Origin: Bdellovibrionota bacterium
GTDB lineage: Bacteria > Bdellovibrionota_C > UBA2361 > CAKMMH01
Reading direction: 5' to 3'
Length of the DNA: 64,000 nt
Assembly (NCBI GenBank): GCA_034180415.1
Contig: JAXFOK010000005.1
Coordinates: 65,093-129,092, forward strand
Position 1 is the first letter of the stretch. Each line of letters starts with the position of its first letter. The notes below the pieces were generated by a model. It had not been told where the DNA came from. It saw only the letters and a list, made by a program, of their open reading frames with translations, and did not search any database. This document shows, piece by piece, positions 1 through 10,974 of the stretch. Made by a program: the position numbers and the translations under genes.

Positions 1-1
1 T

Positions 2-3000
2 TTATATTTTGAAGCTTACATCGTAACAGATCCTGCAGATTCTCAATATGAAGTAGGTGATTTGTTAAATGAAAAAGAATATAGAGCTGCAAAAGCTGAG
101 TTTGGCTCAGATTTTGAAGCAGGAATGGGTGCTGATACTATTCAAAAAATGCTTCAAGATTTAGACTTAGAGGAACTTTCAAAAAAATTAAAGAAAGAAT
201 TTTTAGCAACAAATTCTGATGCAAAGAAAAAGAAAATCACAAAGAGATTAAAAGTTATTACAGCATTTATTAATGCTGGTAATAAGCCTGAATGGATGGT
301 ATTAAATGTTATACCTGTTATTCCACCTGATTTAAGACCTCTTGTTCCATTAGATGGTGGAAGATTTGCAACAAGTGATTTAAATGATCTTTATAGGCGT
401 GTAATTAATAGAAATAATCGTTTAAGAAGATTACTAGAGCTTAATGCACCAGATATTATTATTCATAACGAAAAGAGAATGCTTCAAGAATCAGTTGATG
501 CATTATTTGATAATGGAAGACGTGGAAGAACTGTTACAGGACCTAATAAGCGTCCACTTAAGTCATTAAGTGATATGCTTAAAGGTAAGACAGGTCGTTT
601 CCGTCAAAACTTATTAGGTAAACGTGTTGACTACTCAGGACGTTCAGTAATTGTTGTAGGACCAGAATTAAGACTTTATCAATGTGGTCTTCCAAAGAAG
701 ATGGCTCTAGAATTATTTAAGCCATTTATTTACAACAAGCTAGAAGAAAAAGGATATGTAACAACTATTAAGTCTGCAAAGAAAATGGTTGAAAAGCAAA
801 GACCAGTAGTTTGGGATATTCTTGAGGATGTAATTAAAGAGCACCCAGTATTATTAAACCGTGCTCCAACACTTCACAGACTTGGTATTCAAGCATTCGA
901 GCCAAACTTGATTGAAGGTAAGGCTATTCAACTTCACCCTCTTGTTTGTAGTGCATTTAACGCTGACTTTGATGGTGACCAAATGGCTGTGCATGTTCCA
1001 CTATCAGTAGAAGCACAAGTTGAAGCAAGAGTTCTTATGATGTCAACAAATAACATCTTAAAGCCAGCAGATGGTAAAGCAGTTATCGTTCCATCACAAG
1101 ACATGGTTCTAGGGCTTTATTATATGACAAGAGAGCGTCCATTTGCTAAAGGTGAAGGTAAGTCTTTCTTTGATATTGATGAAGTGTTATTTGCTTGGGA
1201 TGCTAAAGAGGTTGATCTTCAAGCTTCAATTCAAGTTAGAATTGAAGGAAAACTTGAAAAAACTACAGTTGGTAGAGCGTTATTATATCACTTCTTACCA
1301 AAAGTTCTTCCTTTCTCAAGTCTTAATAAAGTAATGAAGAAGAAACAAATTGGTGGACTTATTGACGAAGCATTTAGAATTTCAGGAAACAAGGCAACTG
1401 TACTTCTAGCTGACCAATTAAAGAATATTGGATATCGTTTCGCTACAATTGCTGGTATCTCTATTGGTATTAAGGATATGGTTATCCCAGAAGCTAAGAA
1501 GACAATTTTAGCAGAAGCTGATGCAAAAGTTGCCGCAGTAGATAATCAATATCAAGAAGGTCTTATAACAGCCGGTGAGAGATCAAATAAGGTAATTGAT
1601 ATTTGGTCAGAAGTTGGAGATAAGATTACTACAGAGCTAATGGATAATATTTCTAAAGAAGAGTTTGTAAATGAAAAGACTGGCGAGAAGAAGACAGGTG
1701 AAGCATTCAACTCAGTTTATATCATGGCTGACTCAGGTGCCCGTGGTTCGTCTCAACAGATAAGACAGCTTGCTGGTATGAAGGGTTTGCTTGCTAAACC
1801 AGATGGTTCAATTATTGAACAACCTATTAAAGCAAACTTAAGAGAAGGACTTGATGCTATTCAGTACTTTATTTCAACACACGGTGCTAGAAAAGGTTTG
1901 GCAGATACTGCTTTAAAGACTGCAAACTCAGGTTACTTAACACGTAAGTTAGTTGATGTTGCACAAGATTGCATCATTACTGAGCATGATTGCGGAACAA
2001 CTAATGGTGTTAAGATGTCAGCTTTAATTGAAGGTGGTGAAGAAATTGAATCACTTGCAAATAGAGTAATTGGACGTGTAACAGCAGAGGATATTATTGA
2101 CCCAGTAACAAATGAAGTATTAATTCCAAGAAATACATTGATTGATGAGGCTAAATCAAAAGTTATAGCTCATTCAGGAATTGATTCAATTATGGTTCGT
2201 TCAGTATTAACTTGTGAATCAGAACATGGATGTTGTTCACTTTGTTATGGTCGTGATTTAGCAAGAGGACACCTTGTAAATATTGGTGAAGCAGTTGGTG
2301 TTATTGCAGCTCAGTCAATCGGTGAACCAGGAACTCAGTTAACAATGCGTACGTTCCACGTCGGTGGTACTGCTAGTATTGGTAAGACTGAACAGACATC
2401 ATTAGAAGCTAAATATGATGGTATTGTTAAGCTTATTGATTCTAAGTTAGTATCAAGACAAGATGGCACATCAGTTGTAATGGATAGAAAAACAGAGCTT
2501 GTTGTTCAAGATCCTCAAGATGGTCGTGAGAGAGAAAGATACAAACTTGTTTATGGTACAAGACTTCGTGTTAAAGATGGACAAAAAGTTAAAGCAGGAA
2601 CAGTTCTTGGTGAATGGGACCCATTTAGTTTACCAATTCTTTCTGAAATTTCAGGTCGTGTTGTATGGCAAGATATCAACGAGCAGACTATGGAAGAAAG
2701 AGCTGATGAAAGAACAGGTCTTGTAGAAAGAGAAATTATTCAAGCTAAGGATAGAGCAAAAGACTTATCACCTCGTATTGTTATTCAAGGCGAGAATGGT
2801 GAAATGAAAGCTTATAACTTACCAGTAGGTATCAGAATTACAGTTGAACATAATGTTCAAATTGAAGCAGGTGACGCGATTGCTAAGAGAGAGCGTTCAA
2901 CAACTAAGACTAAAGATATTACGGGTGGTCTACCTCGTGTTGTTGAATTATTCGAGGCAAGACGTCCTAAAGATCCTGCACAAGTTACTGAAGTTGATGG

Positions 3001-3712
3001 TATTGTTGATTTTGGTGAAGATATTAGAGGTAAGAGAAGACTTATCGTAACACCTGAATATGGTGATGCTAAAGAATATTTAATTTCTAAGAACAAGCAT
3101 ATTGCTGTTCAAAAGGGTGATTTTGTAAGAGCTGGTGAAGCTTTGACAGATGGTGCTATTGACCCTCATGATATTTTAAGTATTGAAGGTGTTGGCGCGT
3201 TAGCAAATTACTTAGTAAATGAAGTACAAGAAATTTATCGTCTACAAGGTGTTAGTATCGATGATAAGCACGTTGAGGTTATCATATCTCAAATGTTAAG
3301 ACGTGTAACTGTTATTGAGCCAGGAGATAGTAATTTATTAATTGGTGAATCAGTTGAGAAATGGAATGTTATTAAGCTTAATAATGAGCTTATTTCTCAA
3401 GGAAAGAAGCCAGCAACTTATGAACCACTTCTTCTTGGTATTACAAAGGCTGCACTTTCTACTGAGTCATTTATCTCAGCTGCTTCATTCCAAGAAACAA
3501 CTAAAGTGTTAACAGATGCTGCAGTTTCTAGTAAGATTGATACGCTTCGTGGATTAAAAGAAAATGTAATTATGGGGCGTTTAATCCCAGCAGGATCTGG
3601 AGCAACTAGATATGCATTTGATGAAATAAAAGTTAAGGAAGATGAGAAAGAGAAAGAACAAGATATTTATATTGGTCAATCTTCAATCGAATCATTAGCT
3701 GGACTTTTATAA
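2..3712 (+). CDS. rpoC: DNA-directed RNA polymerase subunit beta-prime, C-terminal about 1230 aa; the 5' end lies outside the window and the frame is open from base 2
   Basis: Translation contains hallmark RpoC blocks ([16 protein letters not shown] catalytic Asp triad region, trigger loop, C-terminal clamp). The reading frame is open upstream of the first ATG ([22 protein letters not shown]...). Confidence 0.95.
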   Translation, partial: LYFEAYIVTDPADSQYEVGDLLNEKEYRAAKAEFGSDFEAGMGADTIQKMLQDLDLEELSKKLKKEFLATNSDAKKKKITKRLKVITAFINAGNKPEWMVLNVIPVIPPDLRPLVPLDGGRFATSDLNDLYRRVINRNNRLRRLLELNAPDIIIHNEKRMLQESVDALFDNGRRGRTVTGPNKRPLKSLSDMLKGKTGRFRQNLLGKRVDYSGRSVIVVGPELRLYQCGLPKKMALELFKPFIYNKLEEKGYVTTIKSAKKMVEKQRPVVWDILEDVIKEHPVLLNRAPTLHRLGIQAFEPNLIEGKAIQLHPLVCSAFNADFDGDQMAVHVPLSVEAQVEARVLMMSTNNILKPADGKAVIVPSQDMVLGLYYMTRERPFAKGEGKSFFDIDEVLFAWDAKEVDLQASIQVRIEGKLEKTTVGRALLYHFLPKVLPFSSLNKVMKKKQIGGLIDEAFRISGNKATVLLADQLKNIGYRFATIAGISIGIKDMVIPEAKKTILAEADAKVAAVDNQYQEGLITAGERSNKVIDIWSEVGDKITTELMDNISKEEFVNEKTGEKKTGEAFNSVYIMADSGARGSSQQIRQLAGMKGLLAKPDGSIIEQPIKANLREGLDAIQYFISTHGARKGLADTALKTANSGYLTRKLVDVAQDCIITEHDCGTTNGVKMSALIEGGEEIESLANRVIGRVTAEDIIDPVTNEVLIPRNTLIDEAKSKVIAHSGIDSIMVRSVLTCESEHGCCSLCYGRDLARGHLVNIGEAVGVIAAQSIGEPGTQLTMRTFHVGGTASIGKTEQTSLEAKYDGIVKLIDSKLVSRQDGTSVVMDRKTELVVQDPQDGRERERYKLVYGTRLRVKDGQKVKAGTVLGEWDPFSLPILSEISGRVVWQDINEQTMEERADERTGLVEREIIQAKDRAKDLSPRIVIQGENGEMKAYNLPVGIRITVEHNVQIEAGDAIAKRERSTTKTKDITGGLPRVVELFEARRPKDPAQVTEVDGIVDFGEDIRGKRRLIVTPEYGDAKEYLISKNKHIAVQKGDFVRAGEALTDGAIDPHDILSIEGVGALANYLVNEVQEIYRLQGVSIDDKHVEVIISQMLRRVTVIEPGDSNLLIGESVEKWNVIKLNNELISQGKKPATYEPLLLGITKAALSTESFISAASFQETTKVLTDAAVSSKIDTLRGLKENVIMGRLIPAGSGATRYAFDEIKVKEDEKEKEQDIYIGQSSIESLAGLL

Positions 3713-3740
3713 TAAATTTAATTTACGTATTTCAATTTAA

Positions 3741-3778
3741 GAGGGTTTCTTTTATAATACAAAAGAAGCCCTTTTTTA
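3741..3778 (+). terminator. Rho-independent terminator after rpoC
   Basis: Stem GGGTTTCTTTT / AAAAGAAGCCC with a 7-nt loop, followed by a TTTTTT tract directly after the rpoC stop. Confidence 0.55.
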
Positions 3779-3798
3779 TTATATGGAAAAAACAATTT

Positions 3799-4662
3799 AT
3801 GGATTTAGATGCAGGTATTAATGCAGTTTTAGAGCGAGTTGAAAAAACAGGTTCACTTGATGTGCAAGATGAGTATTTTTTAAAGTATTTTGATATATAT
3901 TCCGATATAAATTCACTTAAAAGAAGAATCGTAAAGTCTGGTCATAAACATGTCACTCATACCTATTTTGAAAATAAAGAAAAATTCATAGATATAAGAA
4001 AGTTTTTGAAAATTTCAAATTTATACGATTTTATGGAGTGTGTTTTTATTGAAATATTCTCTAGAGCTTGTGAGCAAGGTGTAATGGTAGATATTATCAA
4101 GCGACTAGAAAATAACGAGTTGTCAAAAGAAGAGTATTTAGAAACTTTAGAAAGTTCGATAGAAGCAAAAGAAAAAGATATTAAGTTTACAGGATATAGT
4201 AAATTTAATGTTAATGCTTTTAATAATCTTTCTTCAAAGGATTTCGTAAGAATTGCATTTATAAGGTTACTTGAAAGGGAAGCTGATGATTTTGGCCTTA
4301 AAGATTTTACACTCAAGTTAAAGTTAGGAGAGCTTACAAGAAACGAAGTTATAAGAAGGATTGTACACTCAAATGAGGCACAAGGAAAAAATCTTCCTAA
4401 GATTATCTATTCTGGTGATGAAAATAATCAAAAGAAAAAAATATTTAATAGACATCCATTTAATAAACATGAACTTGAATTTATAAGTCAAGATTATGAT
4501 GAAATGGATAATCTTGAAAAATGTTATAAAGATGCAAAAAATGAGATTAAAAAAATGCATCAAAGATCGGATGAGCTTTTAGGTATGGTAAACTGGTTAT
4601 CGGGAAGATTAGAGCTTGCATTTTATATGTTAAGTACTAAAGAAGAATATAAAAAAAATTAA
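3799..4662 (+). CDS. hypothetical protein, 287 aa
   Basis: Long ORF with an SD-like AAGGA/ATGGAAAAA context; lysine- and glutamate-rich soluble protein with no recognisable motif. Confidence 0.45.
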   Translation: MDLDAGINAVLERVEKTGSLDVQDEYFLKYFDIYSDINSLKRRIVKSGHKHVTHTYFENKEKFIDIRKFLKISNLYDFMECVFIEIFSRACEQGVMVDIIKRLENNELSKEEYLETLESSIEAKEKDIKFTGYSKFNVNAFNNLSSKDFVRIAFIRLLEREADDFGLKDFTLKLKLGELTRNEVIRRIVHSNEAQGKNLPKIIYSGDENNQKKKIFNRHPFNKHELEFISQDYDEMDNLEKCYKDAKNEIKKMHQRSDELLGMVNWLSGRLELAFYMLSTKEEYKKN

Positions 4663-4686
4663 TAAGAAAAAATCAGAGTTAATATA

Positions 4687-5217
4687 ATGGAAAATTTTGC
4701 TAAAAATTTATTTAATAATATTAAAGCAGATAATATTAGATTAAAATCTATGATAGAAGAAAAGATTTTAAATTTAATAGTATTAGGTGATGCAAAAGAA
4801 AATTCTGATTATAAACTCATATGGGATGTACTTGATTGTTATAGAAACTATGTAAGTCCAGATTTTTATGTTTATATTTATAACTCAAAATTAGAAAACA
4901 ATGAGATTTTAAATAAGATTATCCATTATTACAATTTAGATAAGTTCGTATCTTTTATAAATAATGATAACATTAAAGATACTTTTACAACTTTTCTAGG
5001 AAGTGATATAGCGATTTTATTAAATGATGTTAAAGATGAAGATCTAAGTTTAGTAGAGTATTTTATGCTTCCTAGTATTGTTACAAATAAAGAATTAGTA
5101 AAATGTAATAATAAGTTTTTATATATAGAAGATAATCCTGAGGATATAGCCTCAGCTCTTAGTATACTAAACTTAAATATTGATTATAGAAGAAAGTTAG
5201 TTTTAGGGAATGATTAA
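4687..5217 (+). CDS. hypothetical protein, 176 aa
   Basis: ORF tightly spaced after the previous gene; no recognisable motif. Confidence 0.4.
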   Translation: MENFAKNLFNNIKADNIRLKSMIEEKILNLIVLGDAKENSDYKLIWDVLDCYRNYVSPDFYVYIYNSKLENNEILNKIIHYYNLDKFVSFINNDNIKDTFTTFLGSDIAILLNDVKDEDLSLVEYFMLPSIVTNKELVKCNNKFLYIEDNPEDIASALSILNLNIDYRRKLVLGND

Positions 5218-5232
5218 TAAAAGGATTTTTTT

Positions 5233-6276
5233 ATGAAAGTAGCGATTGCAACAGTTCAAGTTCCATTTACAAGAGGTGGGGCTGAAATCCATGCTGAGAT
5301 GTTAGAATCAGAATTAAAAAAAAGGGGATATAATGCAGATATTATTACTATTCCTTTTAAGTGGTATCCATACTCGTCGCTTGTGAAGTCAATTGAAATG
5401 GGGCGAATGATGGATTTAACAAGTGTTAATGGAGAGAAAATTGATAAAGTTATAGCAATGAAATTCCCTGCATATTTACTAAAACATGATGATAAAGTTT
5501 TGTGGCTTCTTCATCAACATAGACAAGCATATGACCTTTGGAATACGCCTTATGGTGATATTCATCTTTGGGATAATGGCGAGGAAGTTAGAGATTTTAT
5601 AAGGAAGATTGACAAGAAATATCTTCCAGAGGCTCGGAAGATTTATACTAATGCAAAGTGTACAGCAGATAGACTTAAAAATTATTGTAATATTGAAGGT
5701 ACTGCTTTATATCATCCACCACTAAATTATGAGAAATTTTATACCGAAGAATATAAAGACTACTTCTTTTATCCAAGTCGTATCAACTCAATAAAAAGGC
5801 AAAGAGTTTTAGTTGAGGCGATGAAGTATGTTAAAACAGATGTTAAAGCTGTGATTTCTGGTGGCGCAGAAGAAGATGAACTTATATATATAAAAAATTT
5901 AATAAAAGAAAATAAATTGGAAAATAAGGTAAAACTTGCAGGGTTTATTTCAGAAGAAGATAAGTTAAAGTATTATGCTAATGCTTTAGGTATTTATTTC
6001 GGAGCGTACAATGAAGATTATGGTTATATAACGCTTGAAAGTTTTTACGCTAGAAAGCCAGTAATTGTACATACTGATGCAGGTGGACCACTTGAGTTTG
6101 TAAATGATAATTATAATGGGTATATCATAGAAGCTGATGCAAAAGAAGTTGCAAAAAAGCTTGATTATTTATATGAAAACAAAAATGAAGCTATAAAACT
6201 TGGCGAAAATGGTTACAAATCATTACAAGAAAAAAATATAAACTGGGATTACGTAATAGAGTGTTTGTTATCTTAG
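5233..6276 (+). CDS. glycosyltransferase, GT4-like (GT-B fold)
   Basis: N-terminal VAIATVQVPFTRGGAE and C-terminal ARKPVIVHTDAGGPLEFVNDNYNGYII match the GT4 retaining glycosyltransferase pattern (E-x7-E-like block). SD sequence AAGGA upstream. Confidence 0.65.
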   Translation: MKVAIATVQVPFTRGGAEIHAEMLESELKKRGYNADIITIPFKWYPYSSLVKSIEMGRMMDLTSVNGEKIDKVIAMKFPAYLLKHDDKVLWLLHQHRQAYDLWNTPYGDIHLWDNGEEVRDFIRKIDKKYLPEARKIYTNAKCTADRLKNYCNIEGTALYHPPLNYEKFYTEEYKDYFFYPSRINSIKRQRVLVEAMKYVKTDVKAVISGGAEEDELIYIKNLIKENKLENKVKLAGFISEEDKLKYYANALGIYFGAYNEDYGYITLESFYARKPVIVHTDAGGPLEFVNDNYNGYIIEADAKEVAKKLDYLYENKNEAIKLGENGYKSLQEKNINWDYVIECLLS

Positions 6277-6286
6277 GTAGTTTAAT

Positions 6287-7447
6287 ATGGTTAAAAAAAA
6301 ATTATTATATGCAAGTCCTTTTCTTCCGATGAAAAGTGGGATTTCCGATTATTCTGAAAAGTTAATAAATGTTTTAAAAGAAAAATTTGATATCACACTT
6401 TATATTGATAATTATAAAATTGCTAATAATCTTAATAATGAATTTAAAGTATTAAAATACGGTGTATCAAAAGTAGATTATGATTCTTATGACTGTATTA
6501 TTTACAATATTGGTAATAATGAAAAATATCATAAGTACATATATAAGGAGTGTTTAAAGCATCCAGGATTTGTGATTTTACATGATTTTGTAATTTTTTA
6601 TCTATTTTATGGTATGTATGATGATGACATTATCTTTTATGAGAAGTTATTTAGAGAAGGTTCAAATAAAGATTTTTTTCAAGTAAAATGCATGATAAAA
6701 GAAGGATATTTTGATATTAATAAAATTGCAAATATTCCTTTAAATGGTGAAATCTTAAGATCTCAAAATAAAATTATTGTTCATTCAATATACGCGTATA
6801 ATAAAATTTTAGAAACAGGATTTAAAAACAAAGAAGATATATATAAAGTTAATTTAATATCACTTGATGAAGATTTAATTCGTATTCAAAATAAAAAAGA
6901 ATTGTTTAACAAGTATAATATTCCTTTAGATGCGATAATTATTGCGTCATTTGGGAATATCATTCCTACAAAATTAAATAAAGCTACATGTAAAGTAATT
7001 AAAAAAATTTCTGAAAATAGCAATAAAAAATTATGCTATTTATTAGTAGGTGAAGGTAAAGAGGTAGATGATATTTTAGAAGATAATTTAATTATAAAAA
7101 CTGGCTATACGAGCATTAATGAATTTAAAGCTTTTATGCATTACTCTGATTTAATTATAAATTTAAGATATCCATCTATGGGAGAGACATCTGCTTCGAT
7201 GGTGCAAATAATGAAAAATGGAAAATGTTGTATCATAAATGCTGATGGATGGTTTGCGGAAATTCCAAATAACGCAGCGTATCAAGTTAAAAGAGAAAAT
7301 TTAGAAAAAAATTTAGAAGAAGCGATTTTAAAATTAATTAATGATGATGAATTAAGAGAAAATATTGGAAAAAATGCAAAGGCATATATTGAAAAAGAGT
7401 ATAATGATAGTAAGATTTTAGACGATTTCTGCAAAATTCTATCTTAG
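6287..7447 (+). CDS. glycosyltransferase-like protein, GT4-like C-terminal domain
   Basis: C-terminal GETSASMVQIMKNGKCCIINADGWFAEIP ... DDELRENIGKNAKAYIEKEY resembles the GT4 nucleotide-sugar binding half; the N-terminal half is divergent. 10-nt spacing from the upstream GT. Confidence 0.5.
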   Translation: MVKKKLLYASPFLPMKSGISDYSEKLINVLKEKFDITLYIDNYKIANNLNNEFKVLKYGVSKVDYDSYDCIIYNIGNNEKYHKYIYKECLKHPGFVILHDFVIFYLFYGMYDDDIIFYEKLFREGSNKDFFQVKCMIKEGYFDINKIANIPLNGEILRSQNKIIVHSIYAYNKILETGFKNKEDIYKVNLISLDEDLIRIQNKKELFNKYNIPLDAIIIASFGNIIPTKLNKATCKVIKKISENSNKKLCYLLVGEGKEVDDILEDNLIIKTGYTSINEFKAFMHYSDLIINLRYPSMGETSASMVQIMKNGKCCIINADGWFAEIPNNAAYQVKRENLEKNLEEAILKLINDDELRENIGKNAKAYIEKEYNDSKILDDFCKILS

Positions 7448-7456
7448 TTTTGTTTT

Positions 7457-8011
7457 TTGATATCACTGATGGTTAATTTAAAAAATATAGATAATGTAAT
7501 TATTAGAAAAGCCTCAATTCAAGATGTTCCTGAGGTTTGCAAAATTCAAGTAGATGGCTGGTGTAAGACTTATAAGGGAATTATCTTGGATGATTATTTA
7601 AGTAGTTTAAAAAGTAATATTGAAGAGAAAATTCAAGAAACAATTAAATGGTTTAATGAAGATAAAATTTCTAAAAGATTTGTCGTAGCTTTAGAAGATG
7701 AAATAATAGCTTGTTTTTCTTTAATTTTTCCAAGCAAAACTCCAAACAATATTGAAGCAGAAGTGCAGCTAAGTGATATGTATGTAAAAAATGAATATAC
7801 GGGACTGGGAATAGGAACAAAGATTTTTGAATTCATTAAAGATTTTCTTCTTAGTAAAGACAAAAATACCCTTTGTGCATGGTGCTTTAAAGATAATATA
7901 GATGCTTTTAATTTTTATAAGAAAAAAGGCGGTATCGTAAAAAAGGAAGTTCTAAAAACAATTTCTGATAATGAGTACACTGTGGTTTGTTTTTACTATG
8001 AGTTTTTGTAA
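7457..8011 (+). CDS. GNAT family N-acetyltransferase
   Basis: Motif A-like block TGLGIGTKIFEFIKDF and overall 184-aa GNAT architecture. Confidence 0.5.
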   Translation: MISLMVNLKNIDNVIIRKASIQDVPEVCKIQVDGWCKTYKGIILDDYLSSLKSNIEEKIQETIKWFNEDKISKRFVVALEDEIIACFSLIFPSKTPNNIEAEVQLSDMYVKNEYTGLGIGTKIFEFIKDFLLSKDKNTLCAWCFKDNIDAFNFYKKKGGIVKKEVLKTISDNEYTVVCFYYEFL

Positions 8012-8024
8012 AATGAGCATAATT

Positions 8025-10457
8025 ATGAAAAAATTATTATATACAAAATTTATATTTGTTTTTCTGGTAACTTATTTAGTTATATTTTCTGTAGTTTTTA
8101 AAAATGACTATTTAAGTAATATTGATACCACAGAAATTTTAACTGAATGGCAAGTTAACTTTTCACAAATAAAAATATTGTACTATATGTTTCAGTCTGC
8201 GGTATATAGTATTTGCTTGTTGTCATTTATTGTCTTTTTATACAATTATAGCAGCAAAATTTTTAAATTAAAATTATTGATGGAATCTTTAGGAATAATT
8301 AGTATAACCGTAATTTTATTTGGTTATATATATGGCAATTTTTCTTGGGATATTATAAATCTTCCGTTGTTCTTTTATGGAAGTGATGATGCTTATTTTT
8401 TATCTATCGCAAAAAATATTCTAGATGGCAATAGTTTTTGGTTTATAAAAAATTTAGATGCACCATTTGGTACAAGATTGTATGATTTTCCAAATACGTT
8501 GCCTTTTTTTTGCATTTGCGTTCGTGTTTTAGGATTGTTTACAAGTAATGTAATTTTTATAACTAACTTTTATTATTTCTTAACTTTTTTATTAGCCACA
8601 CTCTCGTTTTATATAGTTTTAAGGTTATTTAATATAAATTACTTTTTTTCTATCTTAGGAAGTATTGTATTTTCATTCTCTCAATATCACTTTTATAGAA
8701 ATATTGTACATTTAAATATTTCATCGTTTTTCTCTACGCCCATTGTTTTATACGTGTGCTATTGCATTGCATTTAACAATGATTTTAATAAGAGAGATAA
8801 TCAATTTACCGAAAAGCTAAGGACAATCACAAATATTATAACAATTAGTTTATTAATTACATTTTCTCATATTTATTATATCTATTTTGGATGCGTAGTA
8901 ATTGGTTTTAGCATGATTTGGGCGTTATTTAAAAAAAGATATGTAGCAATAGTAAAATCAATATCTATTCTTTTTTGTATAATAATGTTTGTATTTTGTG
9001 ATTTATTACCATCAATAATATATGGTATTGTCAATACTAATATGATTTCTCATCTTAGACTTCCTTATGATGCGTACGTATATAGTTTGCAATTAGTACA
9101 TTTATTTATGCCTTATCTCACCGAAGGTAAGCATGTTTTTTCGAATATCACTGATGCATATATTCGTTCAGGTATGAGTCAAAGTGAAGCTATGGTTAAT
9201 TACTTAGGAATTCTATCTTTAATTGGATTTGTAATTCTAATTTTGATTTTACTCGTTCCATCATTTAATAATTATATAAGGAAATATGAAGATGAAGGTA
9301 AAAAAGGAATACTAAGTTTTTTTTCGGCAAGCAATATGCTAATACTGTTATTAGGATTACAAAGTGGCATAGGAGTTATCGTAGCACTGTTAGGTTTTAC
9401 AAAAATTCGCGCATATAATAGGGTATCAATATATATATTAATGTATTCAATATTTGCTTTAATTTATATAATGGATATTCTCTATAAGAAATATAATAAA
9501 AAATTAAAAAATTTATATGCAGCTATTATAACAATTTTACTTATATGTTTTCATATTTATGAAACACATTTAACAAATTTTGTACAAAACCAAAATTATA
9601 ATAAAATTGCAATAAGTAATGTTAAGGATTATGCTTACAAGTTAGAAAATTTATACAAAAATGGAGCAAATATTTTACAACTTCCAATAGTAAGTTATCC
9701 AGAAAATTTAACAAATAATTCTTTAACTAATTGTAATTATCAAGTTTTGCCGTACATTTATACTAGTAATATAAAATACAGTTCTGGCGCACTAAATAAT
9801 ACAAAAGAGTATTTTGCACAAAAAGTATTATTTGATATAGATGATATAGAAAATATTTTATTAAATGCGAAAGAATACGGGTTTGATGGAATTAGCGTAA
9901 ATACCGATATGTATAATAATAATTCAATTATTGATAAATTTAATAATATCTTAGGTAACCCTAAAATTATCAGCGATTTAAAAAATATATATTTATACGA
10001 TATAAGAAATTATAAATCTAATAAAAACTTTGAATTGGACAATGTTAATTTTATAGATGATGAAAGATATATTGCTGGCGGTTTTAGTATATTAGAAATA
10101 GGTAAGGATTTTAATATAAGATGGGGAACATTAGAAGGTAAAAAAAAGTCTAAAGGTATTAATTCTTATATTTATTTTCTCCCTCCCCCAAACAAGCCAT
10201 ATAAAATCTTTTTTGATGCAAATTCAGAAATTGATAATACCCTAACAGTTTACGTAAACAATAATAAAATAGATACCTTTAATATCCATAGAGGCGAAAA
10301 TATCTTTGAAACGAAATTAATTAATTTCAATAATATACTAAAACCTTGCATTCTAAAATTAGAACATTCTGCTTCATTTTCTCCAAAAGATATTGATAGC
10401 ACAAGTTTAGATGGGCGGGAGTTGACATTAGCTTATAAACAGATTCGGCTAAAATAG
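8025..10457 (+). CDS. large polytopic membrane protein, paralog A (GT-C / YfhO-like candidate), multi-TM N-terminal domain plus about 300-aa C-terminal extracytoplasmic domain
   Basis: Probable start at ATG 8025 (MKKLLYTKF...) rather than the overlapping 7971. Conserved blocks shared with the two downstream paralogs: NFSWDIINLPLFFYGSDDAYFLSIAKN..GNSFWF..NLDAPFG, FTSNVIFITNFYYFLTF, INYFFSILGSIVFSFSQYHFYRN, C-terminal NCNYQVLPYIYTSNIKYSSGALNNTKEYF...YGFDGISVNTDMY. Confidence 0.6.
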   Translation: MKKLLYTKFIFVFLVTYLVIFSVVFKNDYLSNIDTTEILTEWQVNFSQIKILYYMFQSAVYSICLLSFIVFLYNYSSKIFKLKLLMESLGIISITVILFGYIYGNFSWDIINLPLFFYGSDDAYFLSIAKNILDGNSFWFIKNLDAPFGTRLYDFPNTLPFFCICVRVLGLFTSNVIFITNFYYFLTFLLATLSFYIVLRLFNINYFFSILGSIVFSFSQYHFYRNIVHLNISSFFSTPIVLYVCYCIAFNNDFNKRDNQFTEKLRTITNIITISLLITFSHIYYIYFGCVVIGFSMIWALFKKRYVAIVKSISILFCIIMFVFCDLLPSIIYGIVNTNMISHLRLPYDAYVYSLQLVHLFMPYLTEGKHVFSNITDAYIRSGMSQSEAMVNYLGILSLIGFVILILILLVPSFNNYIRKYEDEGKKGILSFFSASNMLILLLGLQSGIGVIVALLGFTKIRAYNRVSIYILMYSIFALIYIMDILYKKYNKKLKNLYAAIITILLICFHIYETHLTNFVQNQNYNKIAISNVKDYAYKLENLYKNGANILQLPIVSYPENLTNNSLTNCNYQVLPYIYTSNIKYSSGALNNTKEYFAQKVLFDIDDIENILLNAKEYGFDGISVNTDMYNNNSIIDKFNNILGNPKIISDLKNIYLYDIRNYKSNKNFELDNVNFIDDERYIAGGFSILEIGKDFNIRWGTLEGKKKSKGINSYIYFLPPPNKPYKIFFDANSEIDNTLTVYVNNNKIDTFNIHRGENIFETKLINFNNILKPCILKLEHSASFSPKDIDSTSLDGRELTLAYKQIRLK

Positions 10458-10489
10458 GCGATGCAATCTTTGATGCCTCGCCTGTTTTA
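10458..10489 (+). terminator. hairpin plus U-tract immediately after paralog A stop
   Basis: GGCGATGCA-atctttga-TGCCTCGCC stem-loop followed by TGTTTTA. Confidence 0.4.
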
Positions 10490-10544
10490 GCAGCTAGGCG
10501 ACTGAACTACAGTCAATAAAAGTGAAGTGTTTTATTTATAAATC

Positions 10545-10880
10545 TAGTATGCAACAACCCCCCGTAGGGGGTTAATGAAGCGAAGCGGAGCCAGGATGGG
10601 GGGAGCTCGCATAAAAAATGCGACAGCATTTTTTAATGTGCGATTCAACCCATTATAGCAAATGCCCCCCCACACCACGACCCCTTTAGGGATCGACTAA
10701 CAAAATTAAATCGCAATCAATTTAGTAAACATCCCAAATAGAATATCCATTTATATTAGTATAGACAAAACCCCTGTAAAGGGGTTATTAAAGCGAAACG
10801 AGCGTTAGCGAAGTGAAGCGGCGCTAGGGCGTAGTGGCCTAAAGCACAAGCGCTAGCTTGTGCACTCACCACTACGTTAG
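10545..10880. repeat. GC-rich island of REP-like palindromic repeats (CCCC-n-TA-n-GGGG hairpins, each followed by an AGCGAAGCG-type motif) plus a nested compound stem-loop
   Basis: aaCCCCCCGTAGGGGGtt (10556-10573), aaCCCCTGTAAAGGGGtt (10769-10787) and gaCCCCTTTAGGGatc (10679-10694). Each of the first two is followed by ttaatgAAGCGAAGCGgagc / ttattaAAGCGAAACGAGCG. Nested hairpin GTAGTGG-cctaaa-GCACAAGC-gcta-GCTTGTGC-actca-CCACTAC (10831-10875). Composition is visibly GC-richer than the flanks. Confidence 0.5.
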
Positions 10881-10974
10881 AGCTACATATTGTGCATGCT
10901 ACTTGGTTGTCATACAATTATATTATATACTAATTTAAAACTAATTTTAATTAATTCAAGGAATATATGGATTT

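Noticed and set aside
1143-3096. Small ORFs (1143-1334, 2499-2726, 2844-3050 on the plus strand; 2857-3096 on the minus strand) inside rpoC
   Set aside because: They are entirely embedded in, or antisense to, a highly conserved essential gene and are low-complexity translations. These are spurious frames.
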